Shown piece by piece: positions 40,898 through 50,518 of a stretch of 64,000 nucleotides of DNA. The notes under the pieces are model-generated. The model was not told the origin of the DNA, ran no database searches, and saw nothing but the letters and a program-made list of their open reading frames with translations. The position numbers and the translations under genes are program-made. Numbering within the stretch: the first letter of the stretch is position 1; every line of letters begins with the position of its first letter. The DNA comes from Eggerthellaceae bacterium (GTDB taxonomy: Bacteria > Actinomycetota > Coriobacteriia > Coriobacteriales > Eggerthellaceae): contig JAILNP010000026.1 of the NCBI GenBank assembly GCA_024691475.1, positions 1,669 to 65,668 on the forward strand, in the 5' to 3' direction.

Positions 40898-43800
40898 ATG
40901 GATCTAACGAGACGTAGCTTTTTCAAGGCCTCTGCGCTGGCGCTAGCCGGCTCCATGGCCTATGAGCTCTCGTCAGCTTCCGAAGCATTTGCCATGGATG
41001 CCGACGATAGCTGGAAACTCGTGAACACCGAGGAATACACCAACATCTGCTGCTATTGCTCTGGCGGCTGCGGTGTCATCTGCTCGGTTCGCGACGGCGA
41101 GCTCATCAACATCGAGGGTGACCCCGATCACGTCATCAACGAAGGTGGCCTGTGCCCGAAGGGTGCGACCATGTTCCAGCTCATCAAGGTCGTTGATGAC
41201 AAGACCGGCGAGATCATCCCGAACCCCAATCGCGTGTACAACCCCATGGTGCGCCGTCCGTATTCCACGGAGTGGGAAGAGATTACCTGGGAGCAGGCAA
41301 TCGACGAGATCTGCCGCCACGTGAAGGATACGCGTGACCAGCACTTCATCGAGAAGGATGAAGACGGCAAGACGGTCAACCGTCTGGAGGCCATCGGCCA
41401 CCTGGGCGGCTCTCAGCAGAATTCCGAGGAAGAATACCTCATCCTGAAGTTCATGCGTTCGCTTGGCCTGGTGGCGGTTGATAACCAGGCTCGAGTTTGA
41501 CACAGCTCTACGGTTGCCGGTCTGGCACCTTCATTCGGCCGTGGCTCCATGACGAGCCACTGGGAAGACTTTGCTAACGCTGATGTCATCCTCACCTGCG
41601 GTTCCAATAACGCAGAGAACCATCCCGTTTCCATGAAATGGGTCAATCGCGCCCTCGATGCTGGCGCGAAGTGGATCGTTGTCGACCCGCGCTACACGCG
41701 TTCGGCAGCCCTTTCCGACTTGTACTGCCCCATCCGCTCCGGTACGGACATCGCCTTCTATGGCGGCATGATCAACTACATCCTGGAGCATGACAAGTGG
41801 CAGCATGAGTACTGCCTCAACTACACCAACATCTCTTACCTGATCAATCCCGATTTCAGCTTCGACCCCACCACGGGTGAGTTCACGGGCTGGGACGAGT
41901 CCTCGAAATCCTATGTCACCACCACGTGGGGCTATCAGACGGATTCCGAGACCGAATGGGACACCTCCGAGACCGGCACCTACAGCTGGGTTTCGAAGGA
42001 CGGCGTGCCCCACTTCGACACTCCCACGCTGAAGACCCCCAAGAAGGACCCCACGCTGCAGGATCCCAACTGCGTGTACCAGGTGATGAAGGAGCATTAC
42101 TCCCGCTACACCATCGACACCGTTGCCAGCATCTGCGGCATGGATGCCGAAACGCTCGAGCAGGTCTACGAGCTGTACACCAGCACGGGCGAAGCTGGCA
42201 AGGCCGGCACCATCCTGTACGCCATTGGCCAGACGCAGCATCACTACGGCGCCAACAACGCCCGCGCGATGTGCATTGTCCAGCTGCTGCTGGGCAATAT
42301 CGGCGTTCCTGGCGGTGGCCTGAACGCCCTGCGTGGCGAGCCGAACGTACAGGGCTGCACGGACATGTGCATCATGCCTGGTGACCTGCCTGGCTACTTG
42401 CATTGGCCCGACGCGGACAGCACACCCACGCTAGCCGACTGGTGCGCTCACGAGACCTACTCCGATGGTTACTACACCAATAAGCCCAAGTTCATGGTGA
42501 GCTTCCTGAAGAGCTGGTTCGGCGAGAACGCCACGTTCGACAACGATTACGGCTATGGCTGGCTGCCCAAGGTTCACAAGCCCGGCAACTGGACGAGCAT
42601 CCGTACCTTCGAGCACATGGCCGAAGGCACGATGAAGGGCTACTTCGCCCTGGGTCAGAACCCGGCTCACTCCGGTGGCAACACCAAGTCCATCCGCCAG
42701 AGCCTGGCGAACCTGGACTGGCTGGTGAACGCTGACATCGTCATGACGGAAACCGGCAGCTTCTGGGATGCGCCCGACATGGACGCCACCAAGATCGGCA
42801 CGGAATGCTACTTCCTGCCCGTTGCCTCCATCGTGGAGAAGCCTGGCACCATTCTGAACTCCGGCCGCCTGCTGCAGTGGCGTCAGAAGGCCATCGAGCC
42901 GCAGGGAGATACCAAGACCGACCTTGAGATCATGAACCTGCTGCACAAGAAGATGGTCGAGCTCTACAACAAGGAAGGTGGCGTCTGCCCCGAACCCATC
43001 ACCAAGGTGAAGTGGGATTACGACACCGACGGCGAGGCTGACTTCCGCAAGGTCGCTTGGGAGCTCAACGGCTATAACGTGGCCACCACCGACTTCGACA
43101 AGAACCAGCCCGACCTGCTGCCTGGCTTCGCGAAGCTGGCTGCCGACGGCTCCACGGCATGCGGCATCTGGATCTACAGCGGCTTCTACAACAACAACGA
43201 TGCTCCGCTCGACCCGGCTCAGCAGCCCGTTGCACGTCGTGGCCAGGACGACCCCGGCGACATCTACCTGCATCCGAAGTGGGCATTCAGCTGGCCTGCA
43301 AACCGCCGTATCATCTACAACCGCGCGTCTGCCGACATGAATGGCCAGCCGTGGAATCCCGAGAAGGTTGCCGTGAAGTGGGATAGCGCAAGCAACTCCT
43401 GGATCACGAACGACGTGCCCGACTTCGGCGCCACCAAGACCGATGCCAGCGGTGCAACGGTTCAGGTCGAGCCGAACAACAAGGCATTCATCATGCGCTG
43501 GGAACAGAACGCGTGTCTGTTCAGCAGCGGCATGAAGGACATGCCCCTGCCCGAGTTCTACGAGCCCTATGAGAGCCCCACGGACAACATCCTGAACGGC
43601 CGCAATGAGTCCCCGATGATTCAGTTCGCGGAAGACCCGAGCGTCAAGCGCGGCGACCGCAGCGAGTATCCCATCGTTGCCACTACGTACTCCATCACGG
43701 AGCACTGGCAGACCGGTGGCCAGACGCATTGCTGCCCTGCGCTGAACGAAGCTCAGCCGAAGCAGTTCTGCGAGATCAGCGAAGAGCTGGCAGCTGAAAA

Positions 43801-44059
43801 GGGCATCAAGAATGGCGACATGGTCCGCATCTGGAACAACCGTGGCGACATCAAGATGTACGCGATGGTTACCCGTCGTCTGGTTCCGCTGCAGGTTAAC
43901 GGCGAGACCGTGCACGAGATCGGCATGATCCACCACTGGGGCTGGGCCAACACCTTCACGGGCAGCGATCTGACCAACGATCTGACGCCTAACGTCGGTG
44001 ACCCGAACAGCTTCATTCCGGAATACAAGGCGTTCCTTGTGAACATCGAGAAGGCATAA
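40898..44059 (+). CDS. fdnG: respiratory formate dehydrogenase alpha subunit, selenoprotein (Sec at codon 201, TGA 41498-41500)
   Basis: Tat TRRSFF, CCYCSGGC...LCPKG, DNQARV-U-HSSTVAGLAPSFGRGSMT. Joins ORF-track pieces 40823..41500 and 41549..44059 in one frame; ALRGEPNVQG. Confidence 0.95.
41512..41529 (+). promoter_or_regulatory. SECIS hairpin of fdnG
   Basis: GG-U-UGCC-GGUCU-GGCA-CC, 11 nt after UGA, with a bulged U; closely resembles the E. coli fdhF SECIS (GGUUGCAGGUCUGCACC). Confidence 0.88.
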
Positions 44060-44073
44060 GGAGGGAAACGATA

Positions 44074-44964
44074 ATGAGCGATAAGGCTATTCTGTTTGAC
44101 TCGTCCAAGTGCACTGGCTGCAAAGGCTGCCAGGTAGCTTGCAAGACGTGGAACAATCTCCCTTCCAGCCTGGAATACAACGCCGGCGAGTTCACCGGTT
44201 CGCTGCAGAACCCCATCGACCTGAACGGCACCACGCGCCGCATCGTCACCTACAACGAGGCGGACAATGGCAAGAAGTATGGCGTTAACTGGGCATTTGG
44301 TCAGCGTGCTTGCATGCACTGCGACAACCCCAGCTGCGTTTCCGTATGCCCCAGCGGCTGCCTTTCGGTGGACGAGTCCACCGGCTTCGTCACCGTTGAC
44401 GAAGACAAGTGCATCGGCTGCCAGTACTGCCGCAGCGCTTGCCCGTTCGACGTACCGCGCCACACGGGCGTGAACGTCGTGGGTGGCGGCATCGTGGTGA
44501 ACAAGTGCACCGGCTGCGTGGACCGCATCAAGCAGGGCCGTCAGCCCGCTTGCGTGACCACCTGCCAGCCTGGCGCGCTGCAGTTCGGCGACCGCGATGA
44601 GATGCTCAAGATCGCGCACGAGCGCGTCGAGGTGCTCAAGGCGAAGGGCTTCACGGATGCCCGCGTGTACGGCGAGACCGAAGTGGGTGGCACGCACCAG
44701 ATCATGGTGCTGAAGTACCCCATCTCGCAGTACGAGCTGCCTGAGAACCCCGAGCGCAACGGCCTGGTCGACGCTCTTGGCTTCATGAAGCCGCTTACGG
44801 GCGTGGGCGCTGCCGCTCTCGTTGCCGGCCTGGGCCTGTCGTTCCTCACGGGCGTTGGCTACAAGCGTCACGAGATGCGCTATGACGAGAAGGCTCACGA
44901 CGTCATCGACGTTGAGACCGGCGAGGTTATCAAGCACATCGACAAGGAAGCTGGTGAGCGATAA
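44074..44964 (+). CDS. fdnH: formate dehydrogenase iron-sulfur subunit
   Basis: CTGCKGCQVAC, CMHCDNPSCVSVCP, CIGCQYCRSACP, KCTGC...CVTTC; C-terminal TM anchor. Confidence 0.93.
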   Translation: MSDKAILFDSSKCTGCKGCQVACKTWNNLPSSLEYNAGEFTGSLQNPIDLNGTTRRIVTYNEADNGKKYGVNWAFGQRACMHCDNPSCVSVCPSGCLSVDESTGFVTVDEDKCIGCQYCRSACPFDVPRHTGVNVVGGGIVVNKCTGCVDRIKQGRQPACVTTCQPGALQFGDRDEMLKIAHERVEVLKAKGFTDARVYGETEVGGTHQIMVLKYPISQYELPENPERNGLVDALGFMKPLTGVGAAALVAGLGLSFLTGVGYKRHEMRYDEKAHDVIDVETGEVIKHIDKEAGER

Positions 44965-45656
44965 TGGCAACCAAACGTTATATCAAGCGCCATTCGCTGC
45001 AGACGCGCGTCACCCATGGCATCGTCGTGTTCAGCTGCATCTGGCTCATGATCAGCGGCCTGTTCGTGTTCGTTCCCGCGCTTGCCGCGTGGAACCCCGG
45101 TCTGGCCCAGGGCATGCGCATCAGCCACCGCGTGGTGGGCTGCATCTTCATCCTGGCTCCCATCGTGAGCGCCATCGCCGCTCCCGGCGGGTTCAAGGAG
45201 TTCCTGGCCAAGTACTTCACCAAGTGGACCAAGGAAGACTTCGAGTTCGTCTTGAAGTTTGTGCCCTACATGCTTGGGCCGAAACGTGTTCACATGCCTG
45301 ACCAGGACGAAGTGAAGAGCGGCCAGCGTATTGCCGACGGTATGCTCATCCTGGGTGGCATCCTCATGGCCATCTCCGGTGTGGTGCTGTGGCTGGGCAC
45401 GAGCGTGTTCAACGCCGATGCGGGTACGCTGCAGGTCATGCGTTTCATCCACGACCTGTTCTTCCTGCTGCTCGTGATTTTCGTCGTCGCCCACATCTAT
45501 CTGGGTGCTGGCGTATTCCAGCCCTATCGCGGTACCATTAAGCTGATGTTCGGCAAGGGCGAAGTCGCCGAGTCCGATGCTCTGTACCACTGGGGCTTCT
45601 GGGCCCGCAAGGAAATCGAAGACGGCAAGAACGTCGTCGTTCGGGAAGAGAAGTAG
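44964..45656 (+). CDS. fdnI: formate dehydrogenase cytochrome b subunit
   Basis: Four TM helices with His ligands (VTHG, ISHR, FIHD, VAHIY); GQR motif; overlaps the fdnH stop. Confidence 0.88.
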   Translation: MATKRYIKRHSLQTRVTHGIVVFSCIWLMISGLFVFVPALAAWNPGLAQGMRISHRVVGCIFILAPIVSAIAAPGGFKEFLAKYFTKWTKEDFEFVLKFVPYMLGPKRVHMPDQDEVKSGQRIADGMLILGGILMAISGVVLWLGTSVFNADAGTLQVMRFIHDLFFLLLVIFVVAHIYLGAGVFQPYRGTIKLMFGKGEVAESDALYHWGFWARKEIEDGKNVVVREEK

Positions 45657-45659
45657 TTT

Positions 45660-46568
45660 ATGGATCTGAAGCTTGTTCACGAAGCCGTTGAAGCATATGC
45701 CAACGATGCCGAGGCGGCAGACCGGGCACGGCTTGAGTTCTTCGAAGGGCTCTTCGCGATTCAGCAGGAGCAGGCGGACCTCGTAGCTGCGGAATGTGGC
45801 TACGAGGCGCCCGCCGCCGAAGACGCCGGCGCCTGGTACTGGGATGGCGAGGCCGCTCTGGCCCATGCCCCCATCTCCATCGACGCCGCGTCGTTCGCGG
45901 GTTTTGCCGCGAAGGTCGCCGCCTACATGGCCGAGCACGCAGGGTTTGCCGATCAGGCAGCCACGGCGCTCGCCGCGTACGACTGGGAAGCGTTCTGCCA
46001 GAAGGCCGACCTTTCCCTGGCGGGGCATGACCCCATGGCGTTCCTGGAGGACTTCCTGGTGCGCATCGACGAGTTCGGCGTTCCTGCCGAACTGCCCGCC
46101 AATGTGGCGGCGCTTGTCGTGCGTGCTGTGCTGCGTCCCTACCTGCAGGTTGCCCAGGAAGCCGTTATGGTTGTTCTGGGCGACGAGGTGAACCGTCGAG
46201 CGGGCGATGCCCCCGTGGCATGCCCCGTGTGCGGAACGCCTGCCGGTGCCTCCATCGTTCATGATGGTGGTGCGCAGGGCGCCAGCGGCCGCGAGCAATT
46301 TTGCTCGTCGTGCGGTTGCCAGTGGCCCTACGAGCGCATTCGTTGCGGCGTGTGCGGTCAGAAGAACCAGGGTCACCTGCATTACTTCCACATCGAGGGC
46401 GATTCGGCCCATCGTCTGCAGAAGTGCGACGATTGCGGCCAGTACGAGCGCGTGGTGTTCCAAAGCGACATCAAGACCGCTCCCTGCATGGATGTGGAAG
46501 ACGTGGTCATGGCGCGTCTCGATCATGTGGCGCTCGACCCGCGCTTTCGCGTAGAGAAAGAGGCATAG
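45660..46568 (+). CDS. fdhE: FDH maturation protein FdhE
   Basis: CPVCG, CSSCGCQW, RIRCGVCG, CDDCGQY. Confidence 0.88.
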   Translation: MDLKLVHEAVEAYANDAEAADRARLEFFEGLFAIQQEQADLVAAECGYEAPAAEDAGAWYWDGEAALAHAPISIDAASFAGFAAKVAAYMAEHAGFADQAATALAAYDWEAFCQKADLSLAGHDPMAFLEDFLVRIDEFGVPAELPANVAALVVRAVLRPYLQVAQEAVMVVLGDEVNRRAGDAPVACPVCGTPAGASIVHDGGAQGASGREQFCSSCGCQWPYERIRCGVCGQKNQGHLHYFHIEGDSAHRLQKCDDCGQYERVVFQSDIKTAPCMDVEDVVMARLDHVALDPRFRVEKEA

Positions 46569-46571
46569 CGT

Positions 46572-47786
46572 ATGCGCATTCTGCATATCACCGCTCAAAA
46601 GCCCGATAGCACGGGCAGTGGCGTGTATCTTGCAGAACTCGTTCGCGGGTTCGCTCGCATGGGGGCGGAGCAGGCCGTTGTGGCCGGCATCGCTCCCGGC
46701 GAGCGCCCCTCTTTTCCGCAGGGCGTGCTCTTCCGCCCCGTGGTGTTCCAAACCGAAGAGCTTCCGTTCCCCGTGGTGGGTATGAGCGACGTGATGCCGT
46801 ACGAGGCCACGCGCTACCGCGACCTCACGCCGCTTATGGTCACCCAGTTCAAGGACGCCTTCAACCGGGCGTTCGATGACGTGCTGGAAACCTTCCAGCC
46901 CGATTTGGTCATTTGTCACCACCTGTATTTGGTGTGTGCCGTCATGGCGCATCGCGATTGGTCGTGCCCCATCGCGGCCGTGTGCCACAGCACCGACATT
47001 CGCCAAATGCGCCAGATTCCGCTCGAGCGCGACTACATCCGCGCGGGCGTGGCGCGCCTCGATCACGTGCTTGCCCTGCACGACGCCCAGGCTAACGACA
47101 TCGTCGAGGTTTATGGCATTCCGCGCGAGCGCATCACCGTGGTGGGAACGGGCTACAATGCCCAGGTGTTTTCGCCGGGTGGCGCCGAGCGTCGCTCCGA
47201 TGGCACGCTCCGCATCGCCTACGTGGGCAAGATCTGGCGGAAGAAGGGCGTGTCGCAACTGTTGAATGCCCTCAATTGCCTCGATAGGAATTGGCTTTCG
47301 GAATCCAACGAGTACGACCACGTGGAGGTTCACCTGGTTGGCGGGTATAGCGACAAGGCGGAATACGACCATATCGTTGCGCAGTCGCATTCTTGTGCGG
47401 CCCAGGTCATCTTCGAGGGGAAGGTGCCGCAGGATCATTTGGTCTCGCTGTATCGTTCCTCCGACGTGTTCGTGCTTCCCTCGTTCTATGAAGGCCTGCC
47501 CCTGGTGGTCATCGAGGCGCTCGCGTGTGGCTGCACGGTTGTGGTAACCGATCTTCCGGGCATTCGTCCGTGGCTTCAGGGTTCGCTGCCCGGTGCGCCC
47601 GTGTTGTACGTGAAGCCTCCGCGCATGGTGGATGTCGATACGCCCTACGAGGGCGATCTTCCCGAATTCGAGTACGATCTGGCGGCCGCTCTGGCCCAGG
47701 CAGCGGCAATGCCGCATGCCGCATTCGACACCACGGCCGTGTCATGGGATGGGCTGTGCGCTCGCATACGTGACGTGTTCGCGTAA
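46572..47786 (+). CDS. GT4-family (GT-B) glycosyltransferase
   Basis: MRILHITAQKPDSTGSG, YVGKIWRKKG, VFVLPSFYEGLPLVVIEALACG (EX7E). Confidence 0.88.
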   Translation: MRILHITAQKPDSTGSGVYLAELVRGFARMGAEQAVVAGIAPGERPSFPQGVLFRPVVFQTEELPFPVVGMSDVMPYEATRYRDLTPLMVTQFKDAFNRAFDDVLETFQPDLVICHHLYLVCAVMAHRDWSCPIAAVCHSTDIRQMRQIPLERDYIRAGVARLDHVLALHDAQANDIVEVYGIPRERITVVGTGYNAQVFSPGGAERRSDGTLRIAYVGKIWRKKGVSQLLNALNCLDRNWLSESNEYDHVEVHLVGGYSDKAEYDHIVAQSHSCAAQVIFEGKVPQDHLVSLYRSSDVFVLPSFYEGLPLVVIEALACGCTVVVTDLPGIRPWLQGSLPGAPVLYVKPPRMVDVDTPYEGDLPEFEYDLAAALAQAAAMPHAAFDTTAVSWDGLCARIRDVFA

Positions 47787-47872
47787 ATCGACTTTCCCCT
47801 GGTCCGCTCTGCTGCAATGCGCTATTATGTGCGCAGTTTCTGCTCAGCAGTGCCTTTACTTTAGGAGCGGCC

Positions 47873-48694
47873 ATGCAGGCCATAGATGCGTCTCACGATA
47901 TTAACCAGCAGGAAGACCGTGCGTGCACGAACGTGTTCGCCGATGGTTCCCGCACCTCCACATCTACGCTTCTTCAAACCGAAAACGCCGTACGCGTCTT
48001 CGTGAATGGCGAACTTACCATGCGCCTCATGTGTTCGGCTGACCATCTGATCGAACTGGTCTTGGGTCGCATGCGCACGGAGGACATGATTTCCTCGGTA
48101 GACGAAGTAGACCAGATCATGGTGTGCGAGCATGCAACGCGCGTGCTTGTGTACCTGAAGGACCGCGAGGCCAACGTCAATCATGAGCATGTGGACACCG
48201 TTGCCACGTGCTGCACGTTCAATAGCAATCTGAACAGTATGTTCGTGAAGGACGAAGAGCTTGTGCCCCTCAATCCCATCCCTTGGACGGTCGAGCAGGT
48301 GTTTGCGCTATCGCGCAAGTTCGAAGAAGATACGCCCGCGCATCGCGCCACGTATGGCGCTCATAGCTGCTATTTGGCTCAGGGCGAAGAGGTTCTCTAT
48401 TGCTGCGAAGACCTGGGTCGTCATAACGCATTCGACAAGGTGGTTGGCTGCGCCATGCGCGACGGGGTGGACCTTACGAAGTGCGTGGTGTTCACCAGCG
48501 GCCGTGTGCCCACTGACATGGTGGCAAAGGCCATTCGTGCGCATATTCCCATGCTCATTTCAAAAGCCGTTCCCACCGACCTTACGGTTGAAATGGCGTG
48601 CGCGTACGACCTTACGCTCATCTGTAGCGCCCATTCCGATTCGTTCCGCGTGTTCAACGATCCGCTGGGCATTGCCTCTGCCGATCGTTCGTAG
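47873..48694 (+). CDS. fdhD: FDH accessory sulfurtransferase FdhD
   Basis: VATCC, TYGAHSC, EDLGRHNAFDKVVG, TSGRVPTDMVAK. Confidence 0.92.
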   Translation: MQAIDASHDINQQEDRACTNVFADGSRTSTSTLLQTENAVRVFVNGELTMRLMCSADHLIELVLGRMRTEDMISSVDEVDQIMVCEHATRVLVYLKDREANVNHEHVDTVATCCTFNSNLNSMFVKDEELVPLNPIPWTVEQVFALSRKFEEDTPAHRATYGAHSCYLAQGEEVLYCCEDLGRHNAFDKVVGCAMRDGVDLTKCVVFTSGRVPTDMVAKAIRAHIPMLISKAVPTDLTVEMACAYDLTLICSAHSDSFRVFNDPLGIASADRS

Positions 48695-48794
48695 CGCGGC
48701 GTTTCGTAAACAGGGTACGGAGGCCTGTTCGCGTTGCTAGCATTGGGTTTTGGTCTTGCTTGCGTGAACAAACTTCCGTCCCCTGTTCACGCGC

Positions 48795-50297
48795 CTAGTG
48801 CGTTTCCTCGAGCATGTCCATGAGCTCCTGCTTCGAGCTCACGCCGAGCTTGCGGTAGATGTGCGTGGTGTGCGTCTTTACCGTGCCCGTGGTTACGAAC
48901 AGGGCGTCGGCAATGTAGGGCAAGCTGCGTCCGCGCGCTAGATAGCGGTATACCTCTGCTTCGCGCTTCGTAAGGCCGTGCTCCTCGCAGATGCGCGTCA
49001 TGCGTTCTTCCAGGATGTCCTTTTCGCTGGTTTCCTCGTGTGGCGGTTCGACTGGTGTGGCAGACGTGCTTTCGGGGGTCGCATGAGTGGTCGATGCCAG
49101 GCTTTCCGTTTGGGCGATAAGCATGAAGAACAGCAGGAGCATGCTTGCCCCGCAGATGACGGAGAGCGTGGGGATGTCGCCGGGCAGCATTGCGGGCAGC
49201 TGCTTTCCCATGAGGTGTCCGCAGAGCACGACGCCTGAAATGAGGGCCTGGCCTACGGCGAATGCCAGCAGGGGAGAAAGCCCCTCTTCCTGGATGCTCT
49301 GGGTGATGACGACGTATACGATTACCTGCAGGAAGAACGCTGCGCCATTCGTGAACATGCCGCCTACGCCAAAGGCGCTTTCCCCGAACACCAGTATTCC
49401 CACAAGGCCTACCGCGGTGAACGACAGCGTAAGGCGGTAGAGGCTGGGCACGGATAGGGTGTCGTCGGAATAGGCAAGCGGCACAAGTGACATGGTGGCG
49501 ATGAGCGCGCAGATGATGGTGGCCATGCTGAAGAGCGTGGTGGCAAGCTCGTACGATGTTCCCATGAGGAACGAGCTCACCAGGTTGCCTACGAATGAGG
49601 CAGCTATCAGGATGGCGATCTGGCGCCAGGGCAGAAGGCGGGTCTCCCATGCGCCTGCACTTACTTCGCCCGGCATTTTCCCTGCCTGCGTCGTGGTGGG
49701 GAAGACGTCGAACGTTTGGGCGTGACGGGCACCCGCATCGATCCTCCAGAGCAGCCAGGACCCTATGGGCAGCAGCACGATGATGATGTCGTCGATGGGC
49801 GAGGGGATAAGGGGCACGACCAGGTATTCCAAGTATGCGAGCAGGAATGATATAACCACCAGCGGCCGCGTGCGCTTCGTTCCCAGGCTGAATCGGGCGC
49901 CCCATGCGCAGCTGAGCAGGGTAACGCTTATGCCGTCGATGGCGCCGCAAGCGATCATGAGCCCCTGCAGGTTGGCGTTGAGCGCAAATGATACGCCCAC
50001 GGAGGAGGTGCAGGTGGCAAGGGCCGCTGCCAACAGCACGCCCCGGTGCACGCGAATCGTTCGCAGGCGCGAGATGACGAGGAGCGTTATGGCGAAGAGG
50101 ACGACTACGCCTTGCGATGCGAAGAACCCATTCTCGAGGCCCACGTTCGTGGACGAATCGAATTGCGAGGGAAACATGGCGGGGCTGAGGTAGCAGAGAA
50201 AGCCCCACGCCCATAGGAAAGAGGACCCTACGCCTACGCGTAGCGTCTCTAGCGCGCCTTCCCATTGGGTTGACGCATGCGTCCCTTTCGATTGCAT
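48795..50297 (-). CDS. multi-TM LuxR-family transmembrane regulator
   Basis: About 12 TM, then LTKREAEVYRYLARGRSLPYIADALFVTTGTVKTHTTHIYRKLGV. GGAGG RBS before ATG 50297. Confidence 0.9.
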   Translation of the reverse strand: MQSKGTHASTQWEGALETLRVGVGSSFLWAWGFLCYLSPAMFPSQFDSSTNVGLENGFFASQGVVVLFAITLLVISRLRTIRVHRGVLLAAALATCTSSVGVSFALNANLQGLMIACGAIDGISVTLLSCAWGARFSLGTKRTRPLVVISFLLAYLEYLVVPLIPSPIDDIIIVLLPIGSWLLWRIDAGARHAQTFDVFPTTTQAGKMPGEVSAGAWETRLLPWRQIAILIAASFVGNLVSSFLMGTSYELATTLFSMATIICALIATMSLVPLAYSDDTLSVPSLYRLTLSFTAVGLVGILVFGESAFGVGGMFTNGAAFFLQVIVYVVITQSIQEEGLSPLLAFAVGQALISGVVLCGHLMGKQLPAMLPGDIPTLSVICGASMLLLFFMLIAQTESLASTTHATPESTSATPVEPPHEETSEKDILEERMTRICEEHGLTKREAEVYRYLARGRSLPYIADALFVTTGTVKTHTTHIYRKLGVSSKQELMDMLEETH

Positions 50298-50518
50298 GTA
50301 CTTGAATCCTCCCGCAATGCGATGGCGTTGCCGTGCGACCGTCGCTTTGTCCTTCGCCCATAGTAACGCATCGGCTTCGTCGAGGTTGTCCGAACGCGCT
50401 GAATTCACCTGCGAGTTTATGGTTTTCTACCCTTTCGGTAGATGCATCAGGCCCTCCTCGAGGGGCATGATGCGGGCAGTGGGCACGGGGAGGTGCCCAA
50501 AGGACAAGGAGGGAAAGA

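Noticed and set aside
40823-41549. fdnG (and selD at 28939-29068) as split or truncated pseudogenes
   Set aside because: The stops are TGA at catalytic Cys/Sec positions with downstream SECIS hairpins, and selABCD is present in the window.
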